64,000 nucleotides of DNA. Origin: the human T2T-CHM13v2.0 reference genome, Homo sapiens. Where the stretch lies: assembly GCF_009914755.1 (NCBI RefSeq), contig NC_060928.1. One strand, written 5' to 3'. The notes under the pieces were generated by a model, which was not told the DNA's origin, made no database searches, and worked only from the letters and a program-made list of their open reading frames with translations. The translations under genes and the position numbers were made by a program. Shown piece by piece: positions 13,472 through 28,350 of the stretch (position 1 is the stretch's first letter; every line of letters starts with the position of its first letter).

Positions 13472-16400
13472 CAGCCCCTCTCCCCCGCTGGCTCTTAGGA
13501 CCCCCATCGCAGGGGGTGAGGCACCCCCCGCGATGCGGGGAGTAAGAGCCAGCCCCTCTTCCCCCCCTGGTTTTTAGGATCCGCGGTGGACTCAGCCTGT
13601 TTACCATATTGTGAGCAATATCATCTCCCTCTCTGGAGATTATGAACTGTTTCACAGACGGGTGTACACCCTCGGTGTACAGAGGGTGTACACCCGTCTG
13701 TATTGGGAGTAATATCATCCTCTTCCTCCCTGAATATTAAGAAGAGTATCACAGGGGTGTTTCCACTCCCTCGGTTATCGCGTGTCATAACCTCCTCTCC
13801 CACGTGGCAATTAGAAACATTATCGGTGGGGGCGTGTCCACCTTCTGTGATATTGAAAGTAATATCATCCTCTTCCCTCCAGGATCATGGGAAAAATATC
13901 CCTGGGGGGTGTCCACTTTCTGCCATATAGGTAGTCATATCACCCCCTCAGCCTTGGAATATTATGAAGGACCATCTCACACGGGGGTGTATACTTCCTG
14001 CGATATTGGGAGTAATATCAACCTCTCGGCCTCTGAATATTAGGAAGAATATCACAGGGTGGGTGTACACCTCGTGCTCTATTATGGGGAGTCATATCTA
14101 TCTATTATGGGGAGTAATATCATCCTCTCCCTTTCAGGATATTAATAACAATTTCACAGGCTGGGTGAACACAGCCTGCGATGCTGGAATTATTATCACC
14201 CTCTCTCCCTCGGGATACTAGGAAGAATATCACAGAAGAGGTGTACACTCCCTGCGATATTGGGAGTAATTTCATACGCTTCTTCCGTGAATATTAGGAG
14301 CGATATCACCGCGTGGCTGTACCTTGATTGCTATGTTGGCAGTCATGTCATACTCTACCCGCTGGGTATTAGGATCGGTGTCACAGGGTGAGCGTAGACC
14401 TACTGCAGTATGAAAACTAATATCATGCTCTCCATCCCTGGATATTAGGAACAATATCACAGGTAGGTGTACACCCCCTGTGGTATTAGCAGTAATAATA
14501 TTCTGAATTATTAAACATCAGTCTTATAAATAATCAATGGTAATATTAATTAACAGTATAACGTTATTAATCATTAGTGATTATTTTCTAGATATGATTA
14601 TGCATATTAAAATTAATTATTAATATTAATGTCACTTTTAATATTAGTTATTAATCTTAATATTAATTATTGCTTTATTACCAACATCACTTATGATTGA
14701 TTGAAGTAACATTAGTGATACCACTATTTTATTATTAATAGTGATATTGCTATTATTAATAGTAACCATTAATATTTTTCATCCGTACTGTTTTAATGTC
14801 TCTACTGTAATTGTTAATATTGATGATTACTATTAATTGTTATTATATCTATTAATATTAATAATTAATAGAACTGTTCCCGATATCCGTGGGGGAGAGG
14901 ATATTACTCCCAATATCGCAGAAAGTGTATACCCCTCTATGATGTTACTCCTAATAGCCGGGGGGTAGAGGATGATATTATTGAAAATAGCGCAGTGGGT
15001 GTACATCCCTTCGGTTATCTTGTTCCTAATATCCTGGGTGGGAGCGGATGATATGACTCCCAATATCGCAGGGGGCGGAGACCTCCCCCGTGATACTGTC
15101 CCTAACATCCAAAGGTGGAGAGGATGATATTTCTTCCAATTTCGCCGGGGGTGCACACCAACCTTGTGATATTGATCCTAATATCCAGGGGGAGAGAGGA
15201 TGGTATTAGTTTGAATATTGCAGGATGTGTACACTCCCTAGTGATATTGTTCCTAATATCCAGGGACGGAGAGGATGATATCACTCCCAATATTGCCGGG
15301 GTTGTACACCCCTTGTGTGACATTGCTCCTAAAGGGCAGCGGGGGAGAGGAAGATATTACAGCCAATATCGCAGGGGGTGTACACCCTCTTGTGACATTC
15401 CTCCTTCTATCCTGGGAAGGAGAGGAAGATACTAGCGGCAATGTCGCAGGGGCTGTACACACCCACTGTGATATTGTTCCGAATATCCGGAGGGGGAGAA
15501 AATGATGTTACTTCCAATATCGCAGGGGGTGTACATCCTCCTGTGATATTGTTTCTTATATTCAGGGGGAGAGGATGATATTACTCCCAATATCGCAGGG
15601 GTTGTACACACCTCCTGCGATGCGGGGAGTAAGAGTCAGCCCCTCTCCCCCCCTGGCTCTTAGGAGCCCCATCGCAGGGGGTTGAGGCCCCACCCCGGGT
15701 ACGGGGAGTAAGAGCCAGCCCCTATCCCCCCTGGCTCTTAGGACCCCCATCGCAAGGGGGTGAGGCCCCCGCTATGCGGGCAGTCATATCACCCCCCTCT
15801 GGATATGACGATTCACGTCGCAGGGGGGCGGGCGCCCCCCGCGATGCGGGGAGTCATATCACTCCCCCCCTGGATATGAAGATCTACAGTGGTCACACAG
15901 CGTGTTCACGTTATTGTCAGTAATATCTTCTCCGCCTCTGGAAATTACCAACTATGTCACAGACGAGTGCACATCCTCTGCGCTCTTTGGAGTAATAGCA
16001 TCCTCTTTCCCCTTGATATTAAGAACAATATCACAGGAGTGTTTTTACCCCTAGGGGCATTCCGTGTAGTATCATCCTCTCCCACGTTGAAATTAGGGAC
16101 AATATTACTGGGGGCGTGTCCACCCCGTGCGATATTGAAAGTAACATCATCCTCTTCTCTCCTGGATCATGGGAACCATATCACTGGGGTTGTGTACACT
16201 TTCTGCGGTATTGGGAGTAAGATCATCCTCTCCGCCTTGGAATATTAAGGACCATATCACAGTGGGGTTGTACACACCCTGTGCTGTGAAGAAGAGTATT
16301 ATCATCCCCTGCCCTGCACACTGGAAAAAATATCACAGAGTGGGTGTACACCTCCTGCGATGGGGGTGGTGATATCATCTTCTCTTCTTCTGGATAATAG

Positions 16401-17330
16401 CAACAATAGTACACGGGTTTGTACACTTTCTGTGATATTGGGAGTAATATCAACCTCTCCACCTTTGAATATTAAGAACAATATCACAGACTGGATGTAC
16501 ACCCCTTGCGATATTGGGAGTCATATCAGCCTCTCCTCTCCATGGATATTAGGAATAGTATCCCAGGATGGGTGTACACCTCCTGCTGTATGGGGAGTCA
16601 TATCGTCCTGTCACTTCCTGGCTGCTAGGAACAATATCAGAGGGTGGGTGTACACAGCCTGCGATATTGCAAGTACTACCACCCTCTCCCCCTCCGGATA
16701 TTAGGAACAATGTCACGGAAGGGTTGTACACTTCCTGAGATACTGGGAGTAATAGCATTCTCTTCTTCCGGGAATATTAGGAGGAATATCACCGGGTGGA
16801 TGCACACCCACTATCTTGGGAGTAACGTCCTACGCCACCCCCTGGAGATGATATTCAGATCAATATCACCGGGTGGGGGTACACCTACTGCGATATTGAA
16901 CGTCATGTCATGCTCTCTCCCTCCCTGGACTTTAGGAACAATATCACAGGTGGGTGTACACCCACTGAGGTATTAGGGATAATATTCTTATTAATTCTTC
17001 CTCATTTATTAGCATGAATATGTATTACCAATATTAATATTAATATTAAGAAATCATTGCTAAAAATAGTGTTCAGATTATTAAAATTAATGTTAATTAT
17101 TAGGAGCTAATATGACAGTTTTCTAATGAATAAGATCAATATCACTCTTTAAGACCAGGAGTCATTAATCATTAATATTCATCATTTATTGTTAATGTGA
17201 GTATAACTCTTTAATATGAATTATCATTATTATCGGTATTGATTTTAAGAATTATATGATCAGTTATTAATATTGACAATTATCAGTATCAATTAATAAT
17301 TGAGATTATTAATTGTGGTAAGTAACATTG
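13472..17330. repeat. SATR-type satellite, higher-order units 2 (13578-15880) and 3 (15881-17330, truncated after its AT core)
   Basis: Collinear with 1501-3560; the landmark GATCCGCAGTGGACTCA recurs in variant form at 13578 and 15881; AT cores at ~14490-14870 and ~16980-17320. Confidence 0.9.
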
Positions 17331-17336
17331 CGCCAT

Positions 17337-18395
17337 TCCACCCCTTCCTCGGCAGCTCGTTTACGACCCAAAACGGGGATCCAAATGCCCCTGAGAGAGC
17401 AGCGGCATACTGGGAGAGAGGAGGATGCTCACGTGGTGGAGAGGCGTGTTTTTGTGTAAAAGCGCTTCACCTCTGCCGACCTTCTCAACCGGGAAAACAA
17501 TACGCCGTCCTAGAGCGAAAAGCCGCAAGCCCTAATTGATTTGCTCCAAACTGTTATCCAGACCCACAACCCCACCTGGGCTGATCGTCACCGGTTGCTC
17601 ATGTTACTCTTTAAGAGAGATGAAAGGCGAAAGGCGGAGAGGGCTCCAAGCAGCAACTAAGTGGCTAGAGGAACATGCACCAGCTGATTATCAAAACCCC
17701 CAAGAGTATGGAAGGACCCAGTTACCAGGAAACCACCCCCAGTTGGGCCCACATGAAAGAGAGGATATGCAAAGGCTAAACCGAGACAGGGAAGCGCTCT
17801 TGGAAGGATTCAAGAGGGGAGCTCAGAAGGCCACAAACGTTAACAAGGTCTCTGAGGTCATTCAGGGAAAAGAAGAAAGTCCAGCACAATTTTACCAGAG
17901 ACTGTGAGGCCTATGATATGTATACTCCCCTTGATCCCAATAACCCTGAAAATCAGCGCATGATTCACATGGCTTTAGTCTGTCAAAGAGCGGAAGACGT
18001 TAGAAGAAAACTGCAGAAGCAGGCTGGGCTTGCAGGGATGAATACATAACCTTGATGAGAAATAGCTAAGCAGGTGTTTGTAAACAGGGATGCAGTAAGC
18101 CGCGAGGGAAAGCGCAAAGAGAATGAAGGTCAGGCCTGGTGAAACGCTGACCTGTTTGTTAGCTGCAGTAATCAGAGCTGTCCCCCCAAAGAAGCAAGGG
18201 AAGGGGGGCCTTGGGAAAGAAACTCAGCTTGGCTGTCCGAGTTTGCAGCGTAACCAGTGTGCTTATTGTAAAGAAATAGGACAGTGGAAGAACAAATGCC
18301 TTCAGCTCAAAAGTAAACAAGGTGACTTAGAGCAGGAGGCCCCGGACAAGGAGGAAGGGGCCCGGCTCAACATGGCAGAAGGGTTATTGGACTGA
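17337..18395 (+). pseudogene. gag: Defective retroviral gag (capsid and nucleocapsid)
   Basis: KATNVNKVSEVIQGKEESPAQFYQRL major-homology region; zinc knuckle CAYCKEIGQWKNKC (His replaced by Gln); frameshifts; TGA-GGG-AGA stop in frame with pro. Confidence 0.9.
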
Positions 18396-18437
18396 GGGAG
18401 ACCGGGCTAAAGTGTCCCCAAAGAGCCTCTGGTCAGA

Positions 18438-18797
18438 ATGACAGTCGAGGGTGGAGACATTGATTTTCTTGTAGATACCGGTGCTGAACATTCGCTAGTA
18501 ACTGCCCTGGTCGCCCCCTTATCCAGAAAGACTATTAACGTCACCGGAGCCACGGGGGTTTCAGCAAAGCAAGCTTTCTGCTTGCCTGGGACTTGCAGTG
18601 TAGGAGGACATCAAGTGATTCATCAGTTTTTGTACATGCCTGACTGTCCCTTGCCCTTGTTGGGAAGGGACTTGCTTAGCAAGCTGAGAGCTGCTCTCTC
18701 TTTGACAGAACACAGCTCTTTGCTGCTAAAGTTACCCGCCACGGGAGTCATTATGACCCTTACCGTCCCCCGAGAGGAGGAATGGAGACTTTTGTGA
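18438..18797 (+). pseudogene. pro: Retroviral aspartic protease domain
   Basis: FLVDTGAEHS active site, GATG flap and PLLGRDLL; flanked by in-frame stops. Confidence 0.92.
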
Positions 18798-18799
18798 AC

Positions 18800-21182
18800 T
18801 GAGCCGGGCCAAGAGAGAAGACCAGCTCTGGCTAAGCGGTGGCCAAGAGTACGGGCAGAAGACAACCCTCCAGGATTGGCCAGTTAAGACTGGGGCCCAG
18901 CCGCTTAGGCAAAAACAGGACCCGGTCCCCAGAGAAGCTCTTCAAGGTATCCAGGTCCATCTTAAGCACCTAAGAACTTTTGGTATGATAGTTCCTTGTC
19001 AGTCTCCACGGTATACTCCCCTCCTGCCTGTTCCCAAGCCATGGACCAAGGACTACAGGCCGGGACAGGATTCGCGCTTGCTTAGTCAAGCTATCCTGAC
19101 ATTCCATCCAACAGTACCTAGCCCATCCACATTGTTGGGGTTGCTGCCAGCTGACGACAGCTGGTTCACCTGCTTGGACCTGAGAGACGCTTTCTTTCCT
19201 ATCAGATTAGCCCCTGAGAGCCAGAAGCTGTTTGCCTTTCAGTGGAAAGATCCGGAGTCAGGTGTCACTACTCAGTACACTTGGACCAGGCTTCCCAAAG
19301 GGTTCAAGAACTCCCCCACCATCTTCGGTGAGGCGTTGGCTCGAGACCTCCAGAAGTTTCCCACCAGAGACATAGGCTGCGCGTTGCTCCGCTAGGTGGA
19401 TGAGCTTTTGCTGGGACATCCCACGGAAGTCGGGTGCGCCAAGGGAATGGATTACCCTACGTCGACACCTGGAGGACTGTGGGTGTAAGGTGTCCAAGAA
19501 GAAAGCTCAGATCTGCCGACAGCAGGTGCGTTCCTTGGGATTTACTATCCGACAGGGGGAACGCAGCCCGGGATCAGAAAGAAAGCAGGTCATTTGCAAT
19601 CTAGCAGAGACTAAGAGCAGAAGGCAGGTGAGAGAATTCTCAGGAGCTGTGGGGTTTTGTAGACTGCGGATCCCAAACTTTGCGGTATTAGCCAAGACTT
19701 TTTATGAGGTCACCAAGGGGGCGGGGACCGGGAACTTTTTGAATGGGGATCCCAACAACAGCAAGTCTTTCATGAGTTAAAGGAGAAACTTATGTCAGCC
19801 CCAGCCCTGGGGCTACCCGATCTGACAAAGCCTTCTCCATTGTATGCATCAGAGAGAGAAAAGATGGCAGCTGGACTTTGAACCCAAACTGTGGGGCCCT
19901 GGCCGAGGCCGGTGGCCTGCCTCTCTCTACAACTAGACGGGGTTTCTAAAGGATGGCCCCCCTGTTGGAAGGCCTTGGCAGCAACTGCCCTGCGAGTACA
20001 AGAAGCAAATAAGCTGACTCTTGGGCAGAACCTGAAGAGAAAGGCCGCCCATGCTGTGGTGACTTTAATGAATACTAAAGGACATCATTGGCTAACGAAT
20101 GCCAGACTCACCAAGTACCAAATTTTGCTCTGTGAAAATCCCCGTATAACCATTGAAATTTGTAACAGCCTACATCCCGCCACCTTGCTCCCGGTATCAG
20201 AGAGCCCTGTCGAGTCTGGTTGTGTAGAAGTGTTGGACACAATTGACTCTAGCAGACCTGACCTCCAGGGCCAGCCTTGGCCATCAGTAGACTGGGAACT
20301 ATACATGGATGGGAGCAGCTTCTTCAACCCCCAAGGAGAGAGAGGTGCAGGGTATGCAGTGATAACCCTGGACACTGTTGTTGAAGGCAGATCATTGCCC
20401 CAGGCCACTTCAGCCCAGAAAGCTGAACTCATTGCTTTCATTCGGGCCTTAGAACTCAGTGAGTATGAGACTGTCAACATTTACGCTGACTCTCGGTATG
20501 TCTTTTGAACCCTTCAAGTGCATGGAGCGTGATAGAAAGAAAAGGGCCTATTGAACTCTGGGGGAAAAGGCATAAAATATCAACAGGAAATCTTGCAATG
20601 ATTAGAAACAGTATGGAAACCCCACAAGGTGGCAGTTATATATTGCAGAGGACACCAGCGAGCTTCCACCTTGCTGGGTTTGGGGAATTCCCGCGCTGAC
20701 TCAGAGGCTCGAAAAGCAGCATCTGTCCCCTTCTGGGCATCAGTGCTCCCTCAAGCACCTGATCTTGGACCTACTTCTTCTAAAGAAGAAAAGGACTTTC
20801 TCCAAGTAGAGGGAAGGACAAGTGATGGAGGAAGGATGGATTCGGTTACCAGATGGGAGAGTAGCTGCGCCACAGCTGCTAGGAGCTGCAGTTGTACTGG
20901 CTGTGCAAGAAACCACCCATCGAGGTCAGGAGTCACTGGAAAAGTTGTTAGGCCGGTATTTCTACATCTCGCCTTTGTCAGCCCTTGCCAAAACCGTGAG
21001 GCAGCGATGTGTTACCTGCTGACAGCATGATGCGAGGCAAGGTCCAGCCATTCCGCCCGGCATACGAGCTTATGGAGCAGCCCCCTTTGAAGGTCTCCAC
21101 GTGGACTTCACAGAGATGCCAAAGTGTGGAGGTAACAAGTATGTACTAGTTCTTGGGCGTACCTACTCTGGGTGGGTGGAGG
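18800..21182 (+). pseudogene. pol: Defective pol (RT, RNase H, N-terminal integrase)
   Basis: LDLRDAFF and LPKGFKNSP; YVDD reads stop-VDE at 19393; RNase H YMDGSS, SAQKAELIA and NIYADSRY; integrase breaks off after DFTEMPKCGGNKYVLV...SGWVE. Confidence 0.93.
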
Positions 21183-21187
21183 TCTGG

Positions 21188-22325
21188 GTCTTCCTCCCCA
21201 AATCTGGATGTTAGCAACGAGATCACAGAGGGGGTGTACACACCCTGCGACATTGGAAGTAATATGATCCTCTCCCCACCTGGATACTGGGAAAGATACC
21301 ACAGCGCGGGTATACGTTTCCTACTCTGTTGCGAGTAATATCATTCTTTTCCTTTCTGGATATTAGGGAGAATATCACAGGGGTGCTGTACAATTACTTT
21401 GACATTGGGAGTAACATCATCCTCTATTTTCCTGGACATTGGGCACAAAAACACAAAAGGGTGTACAACCCCTGCGATATTGGGAGTAATAGCATACTCT
21501 CCATCCTTGGATGTTAGAAAACAATATCATCAGGGCTGAACACCCCCCGCGATAATGGGAGTCATGGTTACTCTTTCACAGGCCATTTGGAACAATATCA
21601 GAGGGGGTGTTTACACACAGGGGTGATGTACACCCCCTGTGATATTGGGCGTAACATGATTCTCTCCACCTCCGGATATTAAGAACAATATCCCGGCGAG
21701 ACGTGGTACACCCCCAGTGATATTGGGAATAATGTCATCCTCTCCTTCCCTGGATATTAGGAATAATATCACAGGGGGGTGTACACCTTCTGTGATATTA
21801 GAAGCAATATCATCCTCTCCCCCACTAGATATTAGAAAAAAAATCACTCACGGTGTACACCCACTGTGATATGAGGAGTAATATCTTCCTAGGGTATTAC
21901 GAATAATTTCACTGTCTGTACACACATGGTGTACACTCACTGTGATATTAGGAGTAATGTCTACCTAGTAGATAACAAATAACATCGCAGTGTGTACACC
22001 CACTTTGATATTAGCTGTAATATTTTTCTAAGTTGTTACAAATAAGATCACAGGGTGTACCAACATGGTGTACACTCACCGTGATATTAGGAGTCTTATC
22101 TCTGTAATATATTATGAATAATATCACAGGGTGTACACCCACTGTATTATTAGGAGTAATATCTCTGTAGGATATTACAATTAAGATCACAGGGTGTAGA
22201 GCCAGCGTGATATTAGGAGCAATATCTTTCTAGGATATTACAAATAATATCAGAGGGTGTACGCCCACTCTGCTGTCTGGAGCAATATCTCCCTAGGATA
22301 TCAAAAATCCTATCACAGGGTGTCC
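21188..22325 (+). repeat. SATR-type satellite, forward array grading into a shorter monomer variant
   Basis: Same GGTGTACACC-centred monomer; period 75 bp at 21706-21781. Confidence 0.88.
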
Positions 22326-22328
22326 AAT

Positions 22329-22543
22329 CTCTGCCTTCCAGGTTCTAAGGGATTCTCCTGCTTCAGCCTCCTGAGTAGCTAGGGTTACCCGCCACCACGC
22401 CCGGCTAATGTTTTTTTATTTTCACTGGAGACGGGGTTTCACCACGTTGGCCAGGCTGGTCTGGAACTCCTGACCTCAGGTGATCCATCAGCCTCAGCCG
22501 CCCAAAGTGCTGGGTTTACAGGTGTGAGCCATGGTGCTGGGCC
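22329..22543 (-). mobile_element. Alu truncated at the satellite junction
   Basis: Reverse Alu lacking its 3' end and tail. Confidence 0.9.
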
Positions 22544-23177
22544 AAGAGTTATATATTCAATTCATTTGGAAACTCAGCTCCCGTCTTTGAGTGTGTATGT
22601 ACTTTTATGAAGAAATGGTGTCAGAAAACCGAAGGATGATAATAAATACAAAAAGTAACAGGCATGTGAAAAGGTCTTCCGATTGATAACTATAAGGTTT
22701 GATTTCGTTTTCAGATAATGGGGTCCTAGCTCTTGTGTCGTCCTTTTACATATTCTACATCAATGGAAGTTGTAGCACGGTGTCAGAATAAAGTAGAGTG
22801 TATTTCATGGCTTCTTAATTTTTTCAATTAGACTGAGATGTTTTTCCTAAAGAGAGAAGGATATTGTCATGGCATTGTATTTTTTCTGAAAAGAGTAGGC
22901 CGTATTTTACTGAGATCACGGATTTGTTATATATGACGTTTTGGTCTTCTAATATTCTTCAGTGGATTTTCTCTAAAGTAGTATGTACAGAAAGCCTTGT
23001 ATAGCAAAAAAGTAAATCACGTAATAATTCTGAGATTTTTTGGAATTGTCATAACTGAGAAACATTGCTGGCGATGTATGGTCCGCAAGTGTGAAACTGT
23101 TCCTTGTGAATTGCTTGCATCCAGCATTAAAGGCTGGTTTTTATCGTTTATTTTTCCAATCCTCTTTCCTTCTCAAG

Positions 23178-24182
23178 GTGTCCAAGACACACAGAGCCAC
23201 GGAATCTCACAGATGTCTGAGAATTCCTCCTCCTGGGACTCTCAGAGGATCCAGAACTGCAACCGGTCCTCGCTTTGCTCTCCTTGTCCCTGTCCATGTA
23301 TCTGGTCACGGTGATGAGGAACCTGCTCAGCATCCTGACTGTCAGCTCTGTCTCTCCCCTCCACACCCCCATGTACTTCTTCCTCTCCAACCTGTGCTGG
23401 GCTGACATCGGTTTCACCTCGGCCACGGTTCCCAAGATGATTGTGGACATGCAGTCGCATAGCAGAGTCATCCCTCATGCGGGCTGCCTGACGCAGATGT
23501 ATTTCTTGGTCTTTTTTGCATGTATAGAAGGCATGCTCCTGACTGTGATGGCCTATGACTGCTTTGTAGCCATCTGTCGCCCTCTGCACTACCCAGTCAT
23601 CGTGAATCCTCACCTCTGTGTCTTCTTCGTTTTGGTGTCCTTTTTTCTTAGCCTGTTGGATTCCCAGCTGCACAGTTGAATTGTGTTACAATTCAACATC
23701 ATCAAGAATGTGGAAATCTCTAATTTTGTCTGTGACTCCTCTCAACTTCTCAAACTTGCCTGTTCTGACAGCGTCATCAATATCATTTTTATATATTTCG
23801 ATAGTACTATGTTTGCTTTTCTTCCCATTTCAGGGATCCTATGGCTTACTATAAAATCGTCCCCTCCATTCTAAGGATTTCATCGTCAGATGGGAAGTAT
23901 AAATCCTTCTCCACCTGTGCCTCTCACCTAGCAGTTGTTTGCTGATTTGATGGAACAGGCATTGGCATGTACCTGACTTCAGCTGTGTCACCACCCCCCA
24001 GGAATGGTGTGGTGGCGTCAGTGATGTACGCTGTGGTCACCCCCATGCTGAACCTTTTCATCTATAGCCTGAGAAACAGGAACATACAAAGTGCCCTGCG
24101 GAGGCTGCGCAGCAGAACAGTCGAATCTCATGATCTGTTCCATCGTTTTTCTGGTGTGGGTGAGAAAGGGCAACCACATTAA
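23178..24182 (+). pseudogene. OR7E: Olfactory receptor family 7E pseudogene
   Basis: [60 protein letters not shown] and [12 protein letters not shown]; stops at ~23218, 23677 and ~23943; frameshift at ~23845. Confidence 0.96.
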
Positions 24183-25050
24183 ATCTCTACATCTGCAAAT
24201 CCTGCCTCTTAGTCACATTCTTTTTGTGGCTGATGGCTTTTATTCCTTTCCGCATTTCCTTTGTGAATATTGCTTTCTTCGTTATGCCTTTCACTGGAAT
24301 GGGTGAAGATTCTGGGACCCTTTGTTTTGCAGAAACCTCATGACAGAATCCTCTATACCTAGGCGGCCTCCTTTAGTTTCTGAACAACAACCTTGTCATC
24401 CAGGTGGAATCACAACCATCTTTTTATATACACGAAGTCCTCACTTCGTTTTGGAATTCCCTGAAAACTGACTTTATGGAAAAAATGTACAGGAGGTCCT
24501 CCAACACAATTGGTTGTTCAAAGTTGTGTAGTTATACTGTTGATGAAAAATAAGTGGTTTCACTATACATAATTTTGCTTCAAGGTGAAGTTTCCAAGAG
24601 ACTTTCAAAGATGTTAAGTGAGGACATACTGTACATCAAATTCATATCCTCTTCCACAGTTCATGTGGAGTTTTTTTATGAACTGCTTCTAGAGAATCTA
24701 TTTAGGCAGGTTAAGTGTAGAGATCCATGTTGCCGTTCTCAATCTTGGTTTTGAGTCAACTCACCTAGGGAGCTTACAAATGATGAGGCCTGGGTCTCAA
24801 TACCTGAGATTCTGATTTCCTTGCACCTGTGTGAGTATGTGGATTTTTTTTTTTCTTTTAAAGCACCACAGGTGGTTCCAATGATGAAGTTTTTAGAGGC
24901 ATCAAGCTCCAATGAGTGAGAACAGAAATTAATTGTAATATGATTTCTTCAATTATTATCTTCAAATGCATTGTCCATCAACACCATACAAATGTTTATT
25001 ATGCTGTTTTTTCTTACCATTTCGCATTTTCTATTTCTTTCTTTTCCTAA

Positions 25051-25349
<299 letters not shown>

Positions 25350-25718
25350 ACCACTCAGCATTTACATTTTACATTTGTTGAAGTTGTAGATTTATACACA
25401 CATTGATTGCTGCTTTGTGGTACACTTGCATATACATAAGATGGGAAATAGAAAAGAATAAAATGGGCACAGTATCCCTGAAGTTTCACATTCTGAGACA
25501 TTTAAAAAATATTTGCTCTTCAGAAATTTGTTTCAATGAAGAAACTGTGGTATACACACCCAGTGAAGTATTATTCAGCCTAAAAGGGAAGAAACTCCTC
25601 TCTGCTGCAGACAAAATGGATGAGATTGCAGGTATTTATATTAAATGAAATAAGCCAGGTACAGAATGACAAATATTTCATGTCCTCACTTCTATGTAGG
25701 AAGGAAAAAGAACACCTT

Positions 25719-25999
25719 GGCCAGGTGTGGTGGCTCAGGCCTGTAATCCCAGTACCCTGGGAGGCCGAGTTGCACGGATCACTTGAGTCCAGGAGTTCGA
25801 GACCCGCCTGGCCAACATGGTGAAACCCCGTCTCTACGGAAAACACAAGCAATGAGCCGGGCTTCGTGATGCGTGCCTGTAGTCTCAGCTACTCAGAGGG
25901 CTGAGGCCCAAGAAGCGCTTGAACTCGGGAGGTGTAGCTTGCAGTCAGCCCAGATTGTGCCTGCGTACTCCAACCTGGGCAACAGAAAGAGACTCCATC
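25719..25999 (+). mobile_element. Alu within an old L1 3' fragment
   Basis: Alu consensus; flanks resemble L1MA 3'UTR. Confidence 0.9.
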
Positions 26000-26285
26000 A
26001 CACACCTACACACAAAAGGAATCTCAGGAAGATGGAAAGTATAAAGGTGATCAGAAGATGCTAGGAAGAAAAGGGCTGGGATAGGGAATGAAGACAAGTG
26101 GATAATTGGGTCCCAAAATACAGAAAGATGGAATAAGTGAGTTCTAGTGTTTGATAGTACAGTATGAAAATTTTAGTTCACAAGAATTGCTTGCATATTT
26201 CCAGATGCTTTGGTAAGAAGCTTCCTAACTTTCTCATTATGCTGGTTTTTAAGCTCTTCTCTTTCTGCTCTTGAAATCATGCTGG

Positions 26286-26590
<305 letters not shown>

Positions 26591-27628
26591 ATGCTGTATC
26601 CTTACCTGTTGTCTGTTGTTGTTTGTTTCTGTTGGAGCCCAGAAATAACTTCTCACCTATATGTTCAAATGATTTTTCACATGAGTGCTAAGAAAGCTCA
26701 ATGGTGGAAAAGCAGCCTTTTCAATAAATGGTGTTGGAGAAACTTGATTTCCACATGCAGAAGAATGAAGGTGGACCCTATGTCACACCAGGTGCAAAAA
26801 TTAACACAAACTGGATCAAAGACCTCACCCCAAGCGCTAAAAGTATCATACACCTAAAAGAAAACATTGGCCACACTTTCATGACATCAGATTGGGCAAT
26901 GTTCTCTGGGATATGACACCAAAAGCATAGGCAACAAAAGAAAATTAGATTCCTTGGATTACATCTAAATGACAGATACTTTTGTGCAGCAAAAAAACAC
27001 TGTGAACTGAGTGAAAAGATAACCCATGGATTAGGAAAAAGATTTGCAAAACATATATCTGAAAAGAGGCTGATAGCCATCATATATAAAGAACAGCTAG
27101 AACTAAACAACAAGAAACCCAAAGCATCCCATCAACAATGGTCAGAAGACTCGAGTAGACGTGTTCCTAAAGAAGATATAGCAATGGCCAATAAGCATCT
27201 AAAATGATGTTCAAAGTCACTCATCATAGGGAAGCGCAAATCAAACCAAGAATGTGATACCACACATTAGGATGGATATGATAAACAAACAAGCATTGGT
27301 GAGACTAGAGGGAAGTAAGAATGCTCGAATATGATCGGAGGGAATGTAAAACCGTGAAGGAACGGGGAAAGTAGTATGGCGTCTACTGGAAAAATCGAAA
27401 AAGAATCATCAGATGTTCCCGCAGTTTCATTTGTGGGTACCTACCAAAAAGAATTAGAAGCCAGGAGTGGAAGACAGATTTGTGTACACCCATATTCATA
27501 GCAGCATTATTCACAACAGCCAAAATGTGGAAGCAACCCAAGGGTTCGTGGACAGATGAATGAAAAAGCACACTGCAGTTCCTTCATACAATGGAAGGCT
27601 ATTCAGCCTTCAAAAGGCAGGCATTTCT

Positions 27629-28350
<722 letters not shown>

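Larger units (their letters stand above)
17337..21182 (+). mobile_element. HERV-E/Harlequin-like (class I ERV) internal fragment without LTRs
   Basis: Continuous gag-pro-pol homology; both ends abut satellite. Confidence 0.9.

Noticed and set aside
23275-23679. Possible functional olfactory receptor
   Set aside because: Multiple stops and a frameshift; only part of the 7TM fold is in one frame
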